From assembly GCA_012295275.1 (NCBI GenBank), contig CM022670.1, positions 19,282,001-19,346,000 of the forward strand: a DNA stretch of 64,000 nt, in the 5' to 3' direction. Of this stretch, positions 15,801 to 28,200 are shown piece after piece. Positions within the stretch are counted from its first letter, which is position 1; every line of letters begins with the position of its first letter. Both the position numbers and the translations under genes were made by a program. Source of the DNA: Chrysomallon squamiferum. Its lineage: Eukaryota; Animalia; Mollusca. The notes under the pieces are model-generated. The model ran no database searches, was not told the origin of the DNA, and saw nothing but the letters and a program-made list of their open reading frames with translations.

Positions 15801-16565
15801 ACTGACAGTTTTCTATCATGATAAATTAGAAAAAATAACAGTCTATTGCTTTCAGTGGCAATTTGCATCAGATATTACGACATTTTTCAATTTTGTATTT
15901 TGTTTCCTTTAATTTGCATAGAGAACTAATCATTTGAAATTCTGTGAAAGCAAATAAAATTCATTAAAAAATTAAGGAAAATTAGTGCAAGATTGCTCAT
16001 AAAGGGAAAAAAAAAAAATATGTTTTAAAACACAGGATGACAGGATCAGTCAAAAGAAACTCAAAGAAAATGATATGAGATCAATTATGGGGATGGGGAA
16101 ACAATACAGAAATATGATAAGAAAAAATATACTGACAGTTAGGTTGATCAACTATCTTTGATAAGAAATTAAATTAGTGAAAAAATCCAGTTCAGTCTAT
16201 TAGGGCTTTCAGTGGCAATTTGCATCAGATATTACGACATTTTTCAATTTTGGTATTTTGTTTCCTTTAATTAAAATGCATAGAGAACTAATAAAAGGGG
16301 AAGCAATTCAGCTGATATGTGATGCACAGTACTGTGAAAGCAAATAAAATTCATCCTGAGAAAACAAAATGATGATTATAAATATTAATGGTTATTAAGG
16401 AAAATTAGCACAAGATATGCTGTTCTTCAAACCTTAGGGAAAAAGAAAAAAAATATGTTTTAAAACACAGGATGACAGGATCAGTCAAAAGAAACTCAAA
16501 GAAAATGATATGAGATCAATTATGGGGATGGGGAAACAATACAGAAATATGATAAGAAAAAATAT
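15801..16565. repeat. Direct tandem duplication (copy A 15801-16130, copy B 16131-16565)
   Basis: Long identical blocks, e.g. ATATGTTTTAAAACACAGGATGACAGG...GATAAGAAAAAATAT in both copies. Copy A lacks several internal segments. Confidence 0.92.
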
Positions 16566-19500
16566 CTGTATAATCTTAAACTTAAAGTTGTTTTCAAACA
16601 TGTTAAGTCTATTTTGAATTTTAGTTTTGTTTTAATGAGCTCTGATATTTGACAACTTGGATACATTATCACCTGACCTAACTGATAAAAATCTATGTCT
16701 GAAAATAGCATTAGCCATTTGCAATATCCTTAACAAAAAGTGATCATAAACTGAATCTGTTTTCATATTAATTATTCTATAAGGTATCATCATCATCTAG
16801 CTTGCACACTACTTGTCCACAAGCATGTGAAAAAACCGTTACATATACTCATGATATCTACCTGTAGAACTACATCACTCACATTAACAGCTTTGTCTAG
16901 TTTTAAACTTTAAAAAAAATATGTTTTCTTTCATGCTTACATTTAATTTTGAAAATATACCAATATTATATATTAAGGCAAACATAATTTTTAAAGAAAT
17001 CTTCTCAAGTTTTAAAAATAAATATAAAACATGGCAGAAGACAGATTTTCATCTCTTCTCCTCTTATGGGCTGAGTTTACTTTTGAATGTAGACGTTTAA
17101 AAACAAAGCAAGCAGCCCATTTTCTCACGTTTCACAAACTTCATCGGATCTTCTTCCTGGGCTGTCAATATTTAAACATGGCATGAACAGATTTGTCAGT
17201 TTGTGTGAGTCCACCAGCCAAGTTCACAGGACACTTTAATGTCACTGTAGCATGTTTAAAACATGGCCAACAGTTCCTAACGTGTTTTGTCATTTCCAAG
17301 AAAAACCAAGTCAAATTCTTTATATGACATTGGTTTAAAAACTTTTTTATTTAAATATATAAGACATTACTTACTGAAGAATAAAGTGAAAATGTCACTT
17401 GTACAAATAATAATAATAAAAGGTACTAGTGATAAATTCTGGAAAAATCTGTGTGGGTTTATTTGTTGATATAAGGTAGTATCCTGGATTAACAACCAAA
17501 AAAATATTTGATGTCTTAATTTTCATTTTCCATTTTTCTATTTTTCTTTTTCAGTTTCTTTCTCACATTGAAAAGTTTATCAACAAATCTTGCTAATCTG
17601 GATCTGACACTAACATCCAGACACTCAAAAAACAATAATACTAAATCACATTCCACATGGAGCACTGATCAGCAAATTCACAAGTTTTCCAAGAAGAAGC
17701 AAATTAAAACTAATTGCCTTTGGCCTTTTCTCAGGATGTGTTCAATTTCAATGGAACTGCAGCCAGTTTGATAAAGTAAAAGATGTGATAAATGAATCTC
17801 TATTACAGCATTTAGCAGGTGTGTTCCATAAACCATTCTTGCTATGATACTGCCAACAGAGATCATGATAATTATGTGCTAACCCACTCTCCAGGAGGGG
17901 AGGAGATATTGTCATACACAAGCCTTTAACTGCTCACCTGGTTGCATAACATGGCTGCCTTCAGCTGACCATGTATTATATCCACTGGGTTTTATCCAAG
18001 GTGTTTTTCAACAGTCTGGAATTTTTGGCTTTTGTAATATGTGATAAGCTGTCTGGTTACACAACATTTGCTTTGATCATTTGATGTATCATCTGCCCAC
18101 CAGAAAATAACAACCCAATTATTTTCTCTCATTCAATGAAAATCTAAGATTGTGTGAGGAATTTTATTCTTTTTTAAAATAAACCTCAGAGGTACTGGGA
18201 TTTTCATTTTGAATGAAAGATAATCCTTGTTAATTATTTTGGTTTAAGAAAAGAAGAAAGATTACCAGACAGAAAGAGATGGGAAAAGACAGAATAAATT
18301 TAATTTTAAAATTTCGTTTATAAATGTTCATAATACCATAGTTCAAAAATTCATTATCAAAAGGACAACAAATTATTATTATTGTTACTGTTATTACTTT
18401 TATAAAAAATAAAAAAAAAAAAAAATCTTTAAAATACTATAAATGACCAATAAATCAGCATTGTTTTCAAATTATTTTCATCTCAGAAAATGCAATATTA
18501 CTGTTTCCCAGATATAAGTAATACTAGTTTCTATTGCAATAGCCTGTGTAAGCAGACAGTCTCCAAATTGAAATAATTTTTACATCTTTATGAAGGTACA
18601 AATTATGAAAAGTAAAACGTTTATTGATGCTACCAAAGACTTGAATGCAAAATACTGAACAGGTGTACTGCAGTGCAGAAATATACAACTTGTAGAGGAC
18701 AGCAGGTATTATAAAAGCTTCATAAATTAGGACACCCACATATACAGACAAGATTTATGAAAACTATTTTAGAAGACTGCAAGCACAAGGAAGTAAGTTA
18801 ATTTAATAAAATAATAATAACTTGTTACACATTCTGAGATCCCTGCTGATCACTTATTAGTAATGTGTAACCCTTAAGGGATATTTCCACAATCTAATTA
18901 TCACTTTGTCATTTTTTCAAGTAACCTTCAAGGAGAAAAATATGAATTGCTATGCAAGTGGAACAATGTAATTATAAAAACACTGATTAAATATCATCAT
19001 GGTCCAACTGGACAGATACATGTCTTTGTAACAATTCAGTCTTCTACTAAAAACAAATAAATTATTATTATTTTTATTACCAGATATAATGAATGCTTTA
19101 ACAACCACCAACAAAATAAATAATGTAGCTATTAGGTGCCAGCATGTTTTTCCAGTTTTGGGTTTTCTGTCCAGGTGAGGATGAATACACACTGCTTTCA
19201 TTCCACAAATGTTCTTATCTCTTAGCAGCTGGGTTGTTTTGCAAATATTTCCAGGAAACTGTATGATATGGTCTTTGATAAACCAGTTGTGGGATACTGG
19301 TTGGACTGAGAAAAATGCCAGTGGAACAATGAGGAGCAGTGATCCTGTGATCTATCATGAGTTATGCCTGCACATTATACATTATGCTGCAGTTTGTATT
19401 GCTATTTGCATTAGTGACACAGCATAAAATGTTTATTATAAAGTACTGTTGACTAAACTCAGAATAGAGATTAAAATATATGAAATAAATTAAAAAAATT

Positions 19501-21779
19501 AAAAATTAATAAAAAAAAAAAAAATTAAAAAAAAAAAATGCATCTTTTCATGTGTCAGCATGAGTGTGTCAACATGGTAATTATTGCAAAGTACATCTCA
19601 ACATGCTTGCTCCTCTTTCAGAAATAACTACAACATGTAAAATGAATGGATGTATATAAAGGAGATGTGAGGTCTTGTGTAAATAAATCTACAGGTGTTG
19701 TCTGAATTGATAATCAATAAACATGTCTCAACTAGGTGTACAGTACAAAAACATCACCCAGTTTGGAAACAAGGAGCTTAAAATTTAGTAATTAACATTT
19801 CTTAAATACACTGTTTCAGAAACAGCTGTCAGTCAGAGAAAAGATTGGAAACAGGTGATTTCCACTGGCAGAGGAGAGAACAATCCTTTCTCTGAATTCC
19901 TTGCTTCTAATGGTGATGCATTTATAAACATTCAAAATTTTAAATATTCTGTATATACACACTTAAATATACGCTTTTTATAAAAAGTGTAAAACATTAT
20001 TTTCATCAAATAAGTTTCTCTAAAGACAGATTTGCATTAAATATACATTAAATACATATATTATAATCAAATTTAATGATATAAATTTAATAATTATAAT
20101 TTTTTATCCTTTGTGGACAAAATAATTTTTTACCAATTTCTGATAAAAGATTTTAAAATAAGCTTAGCATATTGATAATTTTCTTTTATATTACTTTACA
20201 TATTTGCCAACAGCTTTATTTAAAATAAGGCAACTTTAAAGACTATTTTTGTAAAAAAAAAAAAAAATACAATAAAATATAACAATAAAAAAATAAAAAT
20301 AAAAATAAAACAATAAGAAATTAAAAAATAAATAAAAAACATAATTAAAATAAAATAAATAAATAAATAATAAAAGGAAGTAATCATCTAATTTTGATCT
20401 GGTAATACGAATGAGTGAAAATAAATAAATTAATAAAAAGCTAAACATGATCTGAAATAAAATGTATAATATAATATACTATAATATAATATAAAGAAAT
20501 CAGCCACTTTCTGATAAATATTTCTTAATTCTTAATGTGAATGTAAGGTGGGAAAAATGGAGTATTGATCAAAATGCACTGACTGTCATTTGTTGATGAA
20601 ATCAATACTCACATCCAAGCCATGACAGTTAAATTATTTTTAAATGTTTACATGCTTACTGGTTTTAGAATATGAGGCAAAATGTAAAACCTGAGAATAA
20701 TCAGTGATCTGTCTTGTGTGCTTATACTTAAATCATTTTCAGTTTTATAGTAGTAGTGATAGTAGTAGTAGCAGTAGTATTAATAATAAAAAAAAATAAT
20801 AATAATAATAATAATATTTATATATAAACCTCTCCCAAATTTATTAGTGAAAAAATATATAAAAATTCAATCTTAATTTAAATTGTTTTCAGTTTATTTT
20901 ATTTTTTTAGCTTTTTTCTTTTAAATATTTTCTTTGATTATTTTATTTTCTTTTTCCCCCCCCCGAGTTCATTTAGTTAAAGTTTTTATATGATCTTTAT
21001 TTTGTAAAATATGATTTTCTTATGTTTACCGTTATTTTATATAAAAATATATATATATATATATATATATGTATAATCTTTAAATTAGGTTTTACATTTT
21101 TTATATCTTTTAATATTACACTGATTTCTTCATATTAAATTATTTTTAATTCCACAAGGATTTATTATTGACTGAAGGCTAAGAACATTAAAAAACAAAT
21201 AAATTAAAATAAAAAATAAAAACCTTTTATAATGGATGTCTTTTGATTATTAATGCTGTACATTTCATTTAACTTTACTTTTATTATCAATGACAAGAAA
21301 AATAATTCAATCTTTTTATTATATTTTAATTTAAATTATAATTTTTAAAATTTAGAAAGGATGTTTTAAATAAAAGTATCATTAAAAAGAAGACTTATGA
21401 AGTTTTAAATATTAAGAAAAATATTTTAAAGTAATGATAAAAAATATATTTCAAAAATAAGAAATAGAAATAACAAACTAATATATAATTGAAAGCGTAA
21501 CTTTTTTGCATGCTGTTAACTGTGGTTATGTCACAAGACATAAAAACTTAATTCATATCAGATTTTACAAAATACTTTACATAAAAGTTATCTAATAAAC
21601 AAAATTAATATTATGACCACAATCATGATTGCACAGGAAAAGAATTCTTCTGATTTTTCTTGTTTGCAGTATAGACAATGGCATTATCAACTTACTGCAC
21701 ATTCTTACTATTTCATTAGATACATATTAATACATTAAATACATATTAATTTTGTTGCACAATATTAATATATCGCATT

Positions 21780-22160
21780 TATCACAAAAAATATTTTGTT
21801 TCATTTTCATGCAGTTTTCTATAAACTCTAGTCCTATCATATTTTAGTATATTTGCTTTACTCTATTACAGATATTAATTACTATGTATTTATCAGTTTT
21901 ATTATGTAATATAGTAATATATCATTTATACCGAGGCTGAAAAATTATTTAATTTCATTTTAATTGTACCATCTCCTTCATAATATCAATTATTTATTAT
22001 TATATATTAAATATACATTCATTTTATTACACAAAAAGTTATTTAATTTCATTTTGGCACTATCAAATGTTAATACATTTCTTTTAATCTGTTATAGATA
22101 TTAATTATTATATATATTAAATTACTTTTGTCATGTAACTGTAATACATCATTTATACAG
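21780..22160. repeat. Old diverged local duplication
   Basis: AGATATTAATTA...GTAATA(T/C)ATCATTTATAC and TTATTTAATTTCATTTT blocks recur. Confidence 0.55.
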
Positions 22161-22958
22161 TTTGAATAATACAAATTTGTTTATTAACCCTGATATTATA
22201 AATTTTAGTACATTTATTATATTCCACAGTGATCGTTCATTATTATTACATTAAGTGTATGTAAATGGCAGGTATTAAGGTAATATATAACTTTCTGTTC
22301 TAAAAAATACTCAGATGTTCTGAATTACCAGACTTTTTTTAAATGTAATTCAGTATCAACTTTTATTTTGTTCATTGCTTGGATATTAATTATTATTTGA
22401 TATATTAGATTTATTTGGGGTTTTTAAACTTTCTGCAACTGCAGTAATACATTACTTATTTCGGTTATAAAAAAAAAAATACTGTAAATATCATTTATCT
22501 GAGACATATAAGAATTTATTTTATTCTGCCATTAAATATAAAAACATTTTGCGATTTATTTTTTCTTTCCAAAAAATCACTGGACATGCATGAATGCTCC
22601 ATGTTCTTTGTCTGGACCAAATCAATATATTTACTGTAAGTGCAACCTACAAGTATTTCCTGGCCTACTACAGTAATTAGACAGGACTTGTTAAACCTGG
22701 TCAATAGAAATAACAATGGTGGCAGTGGCCATAATGATGCACTATGAAAGACTCTTGTTGACTGGTCTGCTGTCAGACAACTTCTGGCTAGTCATTGTTT
22801 CCTTTCCATCACATCAACAAAGATAACTTGTTTATTTATAAAACAAGAAATGAAATTAGAATTTAGGTTATCCTACCAGGTTAACAACAGTGATGTGTTC
22901 ATGCCTGTTTATCAAAAGTATCTGGGTGGATATATTAAGACAGTTTAATTAGAAGTAT

Positions 22959-23190
22959 ACAGATAGATATATATTCAGTTTCAGAATATTTCAGTGTCAT
23001 TTTACTGATGTTATTTTAAAACTCATCATGTCTGCATAATTAAACTTCATTGGTATGTCCATTCACTTAAGAGATATTATTATAAATACAGATATATTTT
23101 CAGTTTTAGAATATTTCAATATGACGTTATTTTAAAACAATCAACATAATTACACTTAATCATTCATTGAAGATAGTTTTAATATAATAT
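22959..23190. repeat. Diverged ~125-bp tandem duplication
   Basis: TTCAGTTT(C/T)AGAATATTTCA...TGA(T/C)GTTATTTTAAAAC...CATAATTA twice. Confidence 0.65.
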
Positions 23191-23715
23191 TTTTCAAATA
23201 GGTACTTTCTTTAAATTTAAAACTTAATATTAAATTGATTATCATCTTGTTATTTTAAATTTTAATATGATAATAATTTACTGACCAAGTGAACTTTTTT
23301 TTTATTATTATAAGCAAACCAGTAAATTCTATTTATCTTTGACTGTTAATAAATTTATTTTAAATTTAAAGTATTTTTATTTTTTTAAATAATTTTTAAA
23401 AGTCCATAACTAAAGTAGACGAAGTATCAATAAAATTAATTACACTTTATGATAAGCAATGTAGGCCAATGATGTAAACATAAAAGTGGAATTTATTAAT
23501 TGGTCAATTAAACATTTGTTGCTCATCACAGCCCCAGTGGACCATAGCATACCTCACAATAAGCTTTATAAATAACTTCACTTCACAGCATATGAAATGC
23601 CTCCAGGCATAGGTTAATTTAAATAGTTGACCTGAATTAGACAGTAAACCAATGATCAAAGGCAGAGTACAGTGAAACTAATTAGATAGAGATATATTTT
23701 AATTTATATATATAC

Positions 23716-23747
<32 letters not shown>

Positions 23748-25228
23748 TATTTACAAATACTGGACAGATGAAATTAAACTGAATAAAGTCTTCAAAATGA
23801 AGTAAGAAACTTAATTAATAAATTAGAACACACACATATGAACACATGGTCATCAATACATATACAGTTAAGCTGACGTGTTTGAAAAATTCATATATAT
23901 ATTTTCAAACACATCTTCACACTAACAAATAGAAATTTCAACACACACACACACACAGACTCACAATCTTATATTGATAAACATAGTGACACATACAAAA
24001 TATTTTATAACTGTTTCATGTTTTCTGGATGTTGTTTTTTTAGCTCATCACACATACATATTCATATCTGGTTAGTGAAGTGAGTTATATACAGTCAAGT
24101 ATAGAATGAAATATAGAAAGGTTTCTTAGTTCATCAGTATTCACAACCAAACATCTCAACTTCTGTCAACACACTGCTAGACATAGGTTTCTAATCCTCA
24201 GGTAATTTCCTTTGCTCAGTGCAGAACAGGGCCAGGTTACAGAAAAAAACAATCAATTTGTTTGAGATAGTCACTGTCAATGAGGTTTTGAAAGTGTATA
24301 TTACTATGTTATTGTGTATCAATAATTATGTCTGTAGTTATGGAGCCACTTTAATATGTGGTCTATATAAACAGGTTACTGTTGCATTGATGAGGTGTAT
24401 TTTTTGGCAATAATGAATTTAATATAATATAATATTTTGTGCTTACATTGTATATGTGCACTTAGGTGTGTATGTATGAGTGTGTGTGCAGGTTTGTTTG
24501 CATGTATCTCTCTTTGTGTATTTACATGTATAAAAAAAAACACCTGATGAACAGAATATAAATTATTCAAATTTAAAAATAGTGCTAACATTCACATTTT
24601 TTTTACATAAAAAATTAAATAAAAGAGCAAAACAAGAAGCAATAAAACCCCTATGAAATCAAATAAATCAGCCATGCCAGAAGCAAATAAAAACACTTTT
24701 AGAAAAATAAAGACTTTACAATTTATTTTTTTCACAATGATCATTAATACTGATTAATGTTTTAACACTTAAAAAGACCACAACCCTGTTGAGTTCAATA
24801 TTTAATTGTCACACAAAACAATGACCAAGTGAAAATACATGTATTGTGTCTAAATCTGACTCATTGATACATCTACTTTACTAAGATTGTATCACAGCTT
24901 TATGAAAGGGGATAGAGCTTTCAGAAATTTTTTTTTAATAAAAGAAGAAAAATGTTCTTAAAAAAATGAAAAAGAGAATTAAAAAGAATCCAGGTTATCT
25001 ATTGGTGTGTATTACAGAAAATAAATTTTGTTAAAAAATAAATAATATTAAAAACTTTCCAATTATGCTGTAAAGTGATTATTTATGGATTTAAATATTT
25101 CTGACTGATAAAGAAAAATGAAAACATATTTAAAAATGTTTTCCTCCTACATTAAAATATAAGGATTATGGTTCCAAAATTTTAAACATAACATATGAAG
25201 TTAATATCTAAAATTAAATACAACTTAC

Positions 25229-28200
25229 TTGAGTGTAACGGGTCCTCTGTGTATCACCTCCAATTTCTGCTGCAAAGACTTTGACATCGTAAATCTCAGG
25301 TACTTTTTCTCTATCCAAAACAGCAACATTCCTTATGATACCTGATGATTTATCAATTCTGAAGTATCTTCCCTGTACAATTCCTCCTGATTTTATTTCT
25401 GTGAGATAATATTCCACATGTACTCCTGATCTTGAAGGTGTTGCATGTACAGAGGCAACACTTGATCCCGCATGTTTGTTCTCAAGTATGTTCCCAGAAA
25501 ATGAACTCCTAGTGAAAATTGGGCCTGATGGTGTTGGTGACATTACAAGAATGGTGAATGTCATTGTTGTTGACTGAGCACCAAGAACATCACTGTTTCC
25601 ATGATCTCTGGCTATTACTGTTATACTGTAAGTGGAAACTGACTGAGACAAATACCCAGTCAAGGACAATTTTCCATCTGATTTGAGTGAAAACTTGGAT
25701 GCTGGGTCATATTTCATTTCAAAGGTCACTCTTCCATTTTCACCAATATCTGCATCTGTAGCTTTGATGGTTTCAAAAACACCAGAAGCTGCTGTAGATA
25801 GAATGACAAGAGTATCCAATGATTTAAAAACAGGTTTGTTGTCATTTATGTCCTGGACTATGACAGTTACTATCTTCTGTGATGTCAATCTGTCTGATAC
25901 TGGAATTGCCTGGTCTGTAGCAATGACTGTGATTTTTATCACCGCAGCCTCTTCTCTGTCCAATGGTTTTTTGATGAAGATATCACCAGTAGTTGAACCT
26001 ATTCTAAAATTATCACCAGCAGGGTCCTGCTTGGCAATTTTATACATTATCTTAGCATTATTACCCACATCCTTATCAGTTGCTTTAGCAGTTGCAATTT
26101 TGGAATCTACAGTACCACCTTCAGAAATTATGACAGAAATAGGGCTGGATGAAAATTGTGGACTATTGTCATTTACATCTTCAACAATAACCACAAAGTT
26201 CAGTGATGATTCAAGTGAAGGACTCCCAGCATCAGAGGCAACAATTTTTAAATCATATCGTTGTCTCTGTTCAAAGTCAAGCTGTTTGTTTAAATACATT
26301 TTTCCTGTGTTAGTATCAAGATTGAAGGTCATGTCCTCATTTCCTGAAGCAATACTGAAAAATACCACAGCATTATTAGCCATGTCTTTGTCAGTAGCTC
26401 CAAACTTAGTAATGAGTTCTCCAGGCCTTACTGATTCTAAAATACTAACTTGAGATCCATAGCTAGTAATCTGTGGTCTGTTGTCATTAACATCTGTCAC
26501 AGATATCAGCATAGTAGTTGATGCACTGAGCTGCACATTTTCACCTGTGTCAGAAACAAGAATTATCAGCTCATATTTGTCCTTTGTTTCCCTATCCAGC
26601 TGTCCTTGAAGCAGTATCTGGCCAGTGGTCTGTTCTATACTGAACATGTTGTCATCATTTCCACTCTGTATGATGTAAGATAAAGCAGCATTGGAACCAC
26701 TATCTGCGTCAGTGGCTGTGATCTTTTTAATAGGTGAACCTCTTCTAGCGTTTTCTTCAACAGACTGGGTATATGTTTGTCTTGCAAACACTGGGGAATT
26801 GTCATTGTCATCAGTGACATAAACATAAACCAGCACTTTGTCCTGTAACCTCTTCAAACCATTGTCAGTGGCAGTGATCTTCAATGTAAAATAGTTTTTT
26901 CCATCCACCTTTAGCATCTGTTCTCTGTCAAAATATTTCTTGGTATAGACTGTACCTTTCTGAACATCAACATAAACATTCTCCTCATCCTCATCAACAG
27001 AGTAAGTTAGCTCAGCATTTCTACCCGAATCAGCATCAAATGCTTTGACAATTCCTATAAATGTATTAGCAGGCATATTTTCTTTAACATAAAAATAGTA
27101 AGAAGCATTATTAAATTTTGGTCGATTGTCATTGTCATCCAGAATATGGATTGTGATGTTAGCTGTAGAACTTCTTGACATGGCACCATGATCCCTGACT
27201 ACTACTGAAAGAAAATATAAATCCTTTTCTTCTCGATCAAGACTGTGAGCAACAAACAATGTACCATCAGGAAAAATGCCGAATTTTTGTCTCGGTTGCC
27301 ATTAGTGATATTAAAAGAAATCCTTCCATTAACACCAAAGTCTGCATCAGATGCCAACAGTTTGAAAACTGGCTCATTTACTGGTTTTGACTCATAGATA
27401 GAAATTTCATACTGATTCCTGGGGAACACTGGCGTATGGTCATTGATATCTTCTATATGAATGGTAATATCAATGGAAGAAGACAGCTGTGGAGTACCAG
27501 CATCAGTAGCAGACACAGTCAGCTTAAAAGAGTTTCCAACAGCTAAGTTACTGACAGGTTTAGCCAGATATATAACACCTGTTGTTGAGTTGATTTTGAA
27601 TACACTGTCTGCATTTGAGGTTAAGGAATATGAGACTATAGAATTTGGACCTGCATCTATATCTATTGCTTTTGCAAAAAATATATTGAAACCAATTGGC
27701 CAATTTTCTATTACTGTTGTTTCAAATGTGGTTGTCAGAAACTTGGGAGCATTATCATTTATATCTGTAATTTCAACCCTGACAGTGGTTTCTCTAAATC
27801 GGGAACCAGAGCTTGCTGCCACTTTCAGTTCATAGGATGCCTGTTTTTCACGGTCAACTGGCTTGTTTGTTGTTATTACTCCACTGTTTCGATCTATAGA
27901 AAAAATGTTCATGGGGTCTCCAGCAATGATTGCATAGGTTATTTTGTTTCCATTTAAACTTCTTCCAGTCACCTGACCAAGCCTATGTGGTCTGAAGACT
28001 GCAGCAGAATCATCCTCAGCAATAGAGAAGCTGTAGCTCCGGCCATCAAACACTGGTGGAACATCATTTGCATTTGCAATTACAACTTCAACAACAGCAT
28101 CAGATGATGATGGCCTACCTCCACCATCAGTTGCTCTGACATTTAACTGGTAAAATGATTTTGTACTGCGACTTAGTGTTCTAGTGGTAGTTATCCAGCC

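Larger units (their letters stand above)
1..25228 (-). other. Intron of the Fat/FAT4 gene (>25 kb, open at left edge)
   Basis: Starts at canonical minus-strand GTAAGT. I found no further cadherin-coding exon and no credible long ORF in 1-25228. Confidence 0.8.

Noticed and set aside
23878-23912. Inverted repeat GTGTTTGAAAA...TTTTCAAACAC
   Set aside because: 11-bp arms in AT-rich DNA; too short for a miRNA hairpin and plausible by chance
1408-24591. Short ORFs (60-97 aa) in the intron as nested genes
   Set aside because: Composition typical of AT-rich non-coding DNA, with no domains and no consistent splice chain
1-25228. TEAD/Scalloped (CATTCC) and Su(H) (GTGGGAA) sites suggesting Hippo or Notch feedback on Fat4
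   Set aside because: A few scattered short matches; enrichment cannot be shown without a background model
25683-26453. 256-aa plus-strand ORF and similar ORFs at 27461-27835, 28684-28959 and 28901-29185
   Set aside because: Antisense shadows of the cadherin exon caused by its codon usage; no recognisable protein features
27275-27295. Programmed -1 ribosomal frameshift to explain the split cadherin ORF
   Set aside because: GAC AAA AAT is not an X XXY YYZ slippery heptamer and no stimulatory structure is evident; a homopolymer error is simpler
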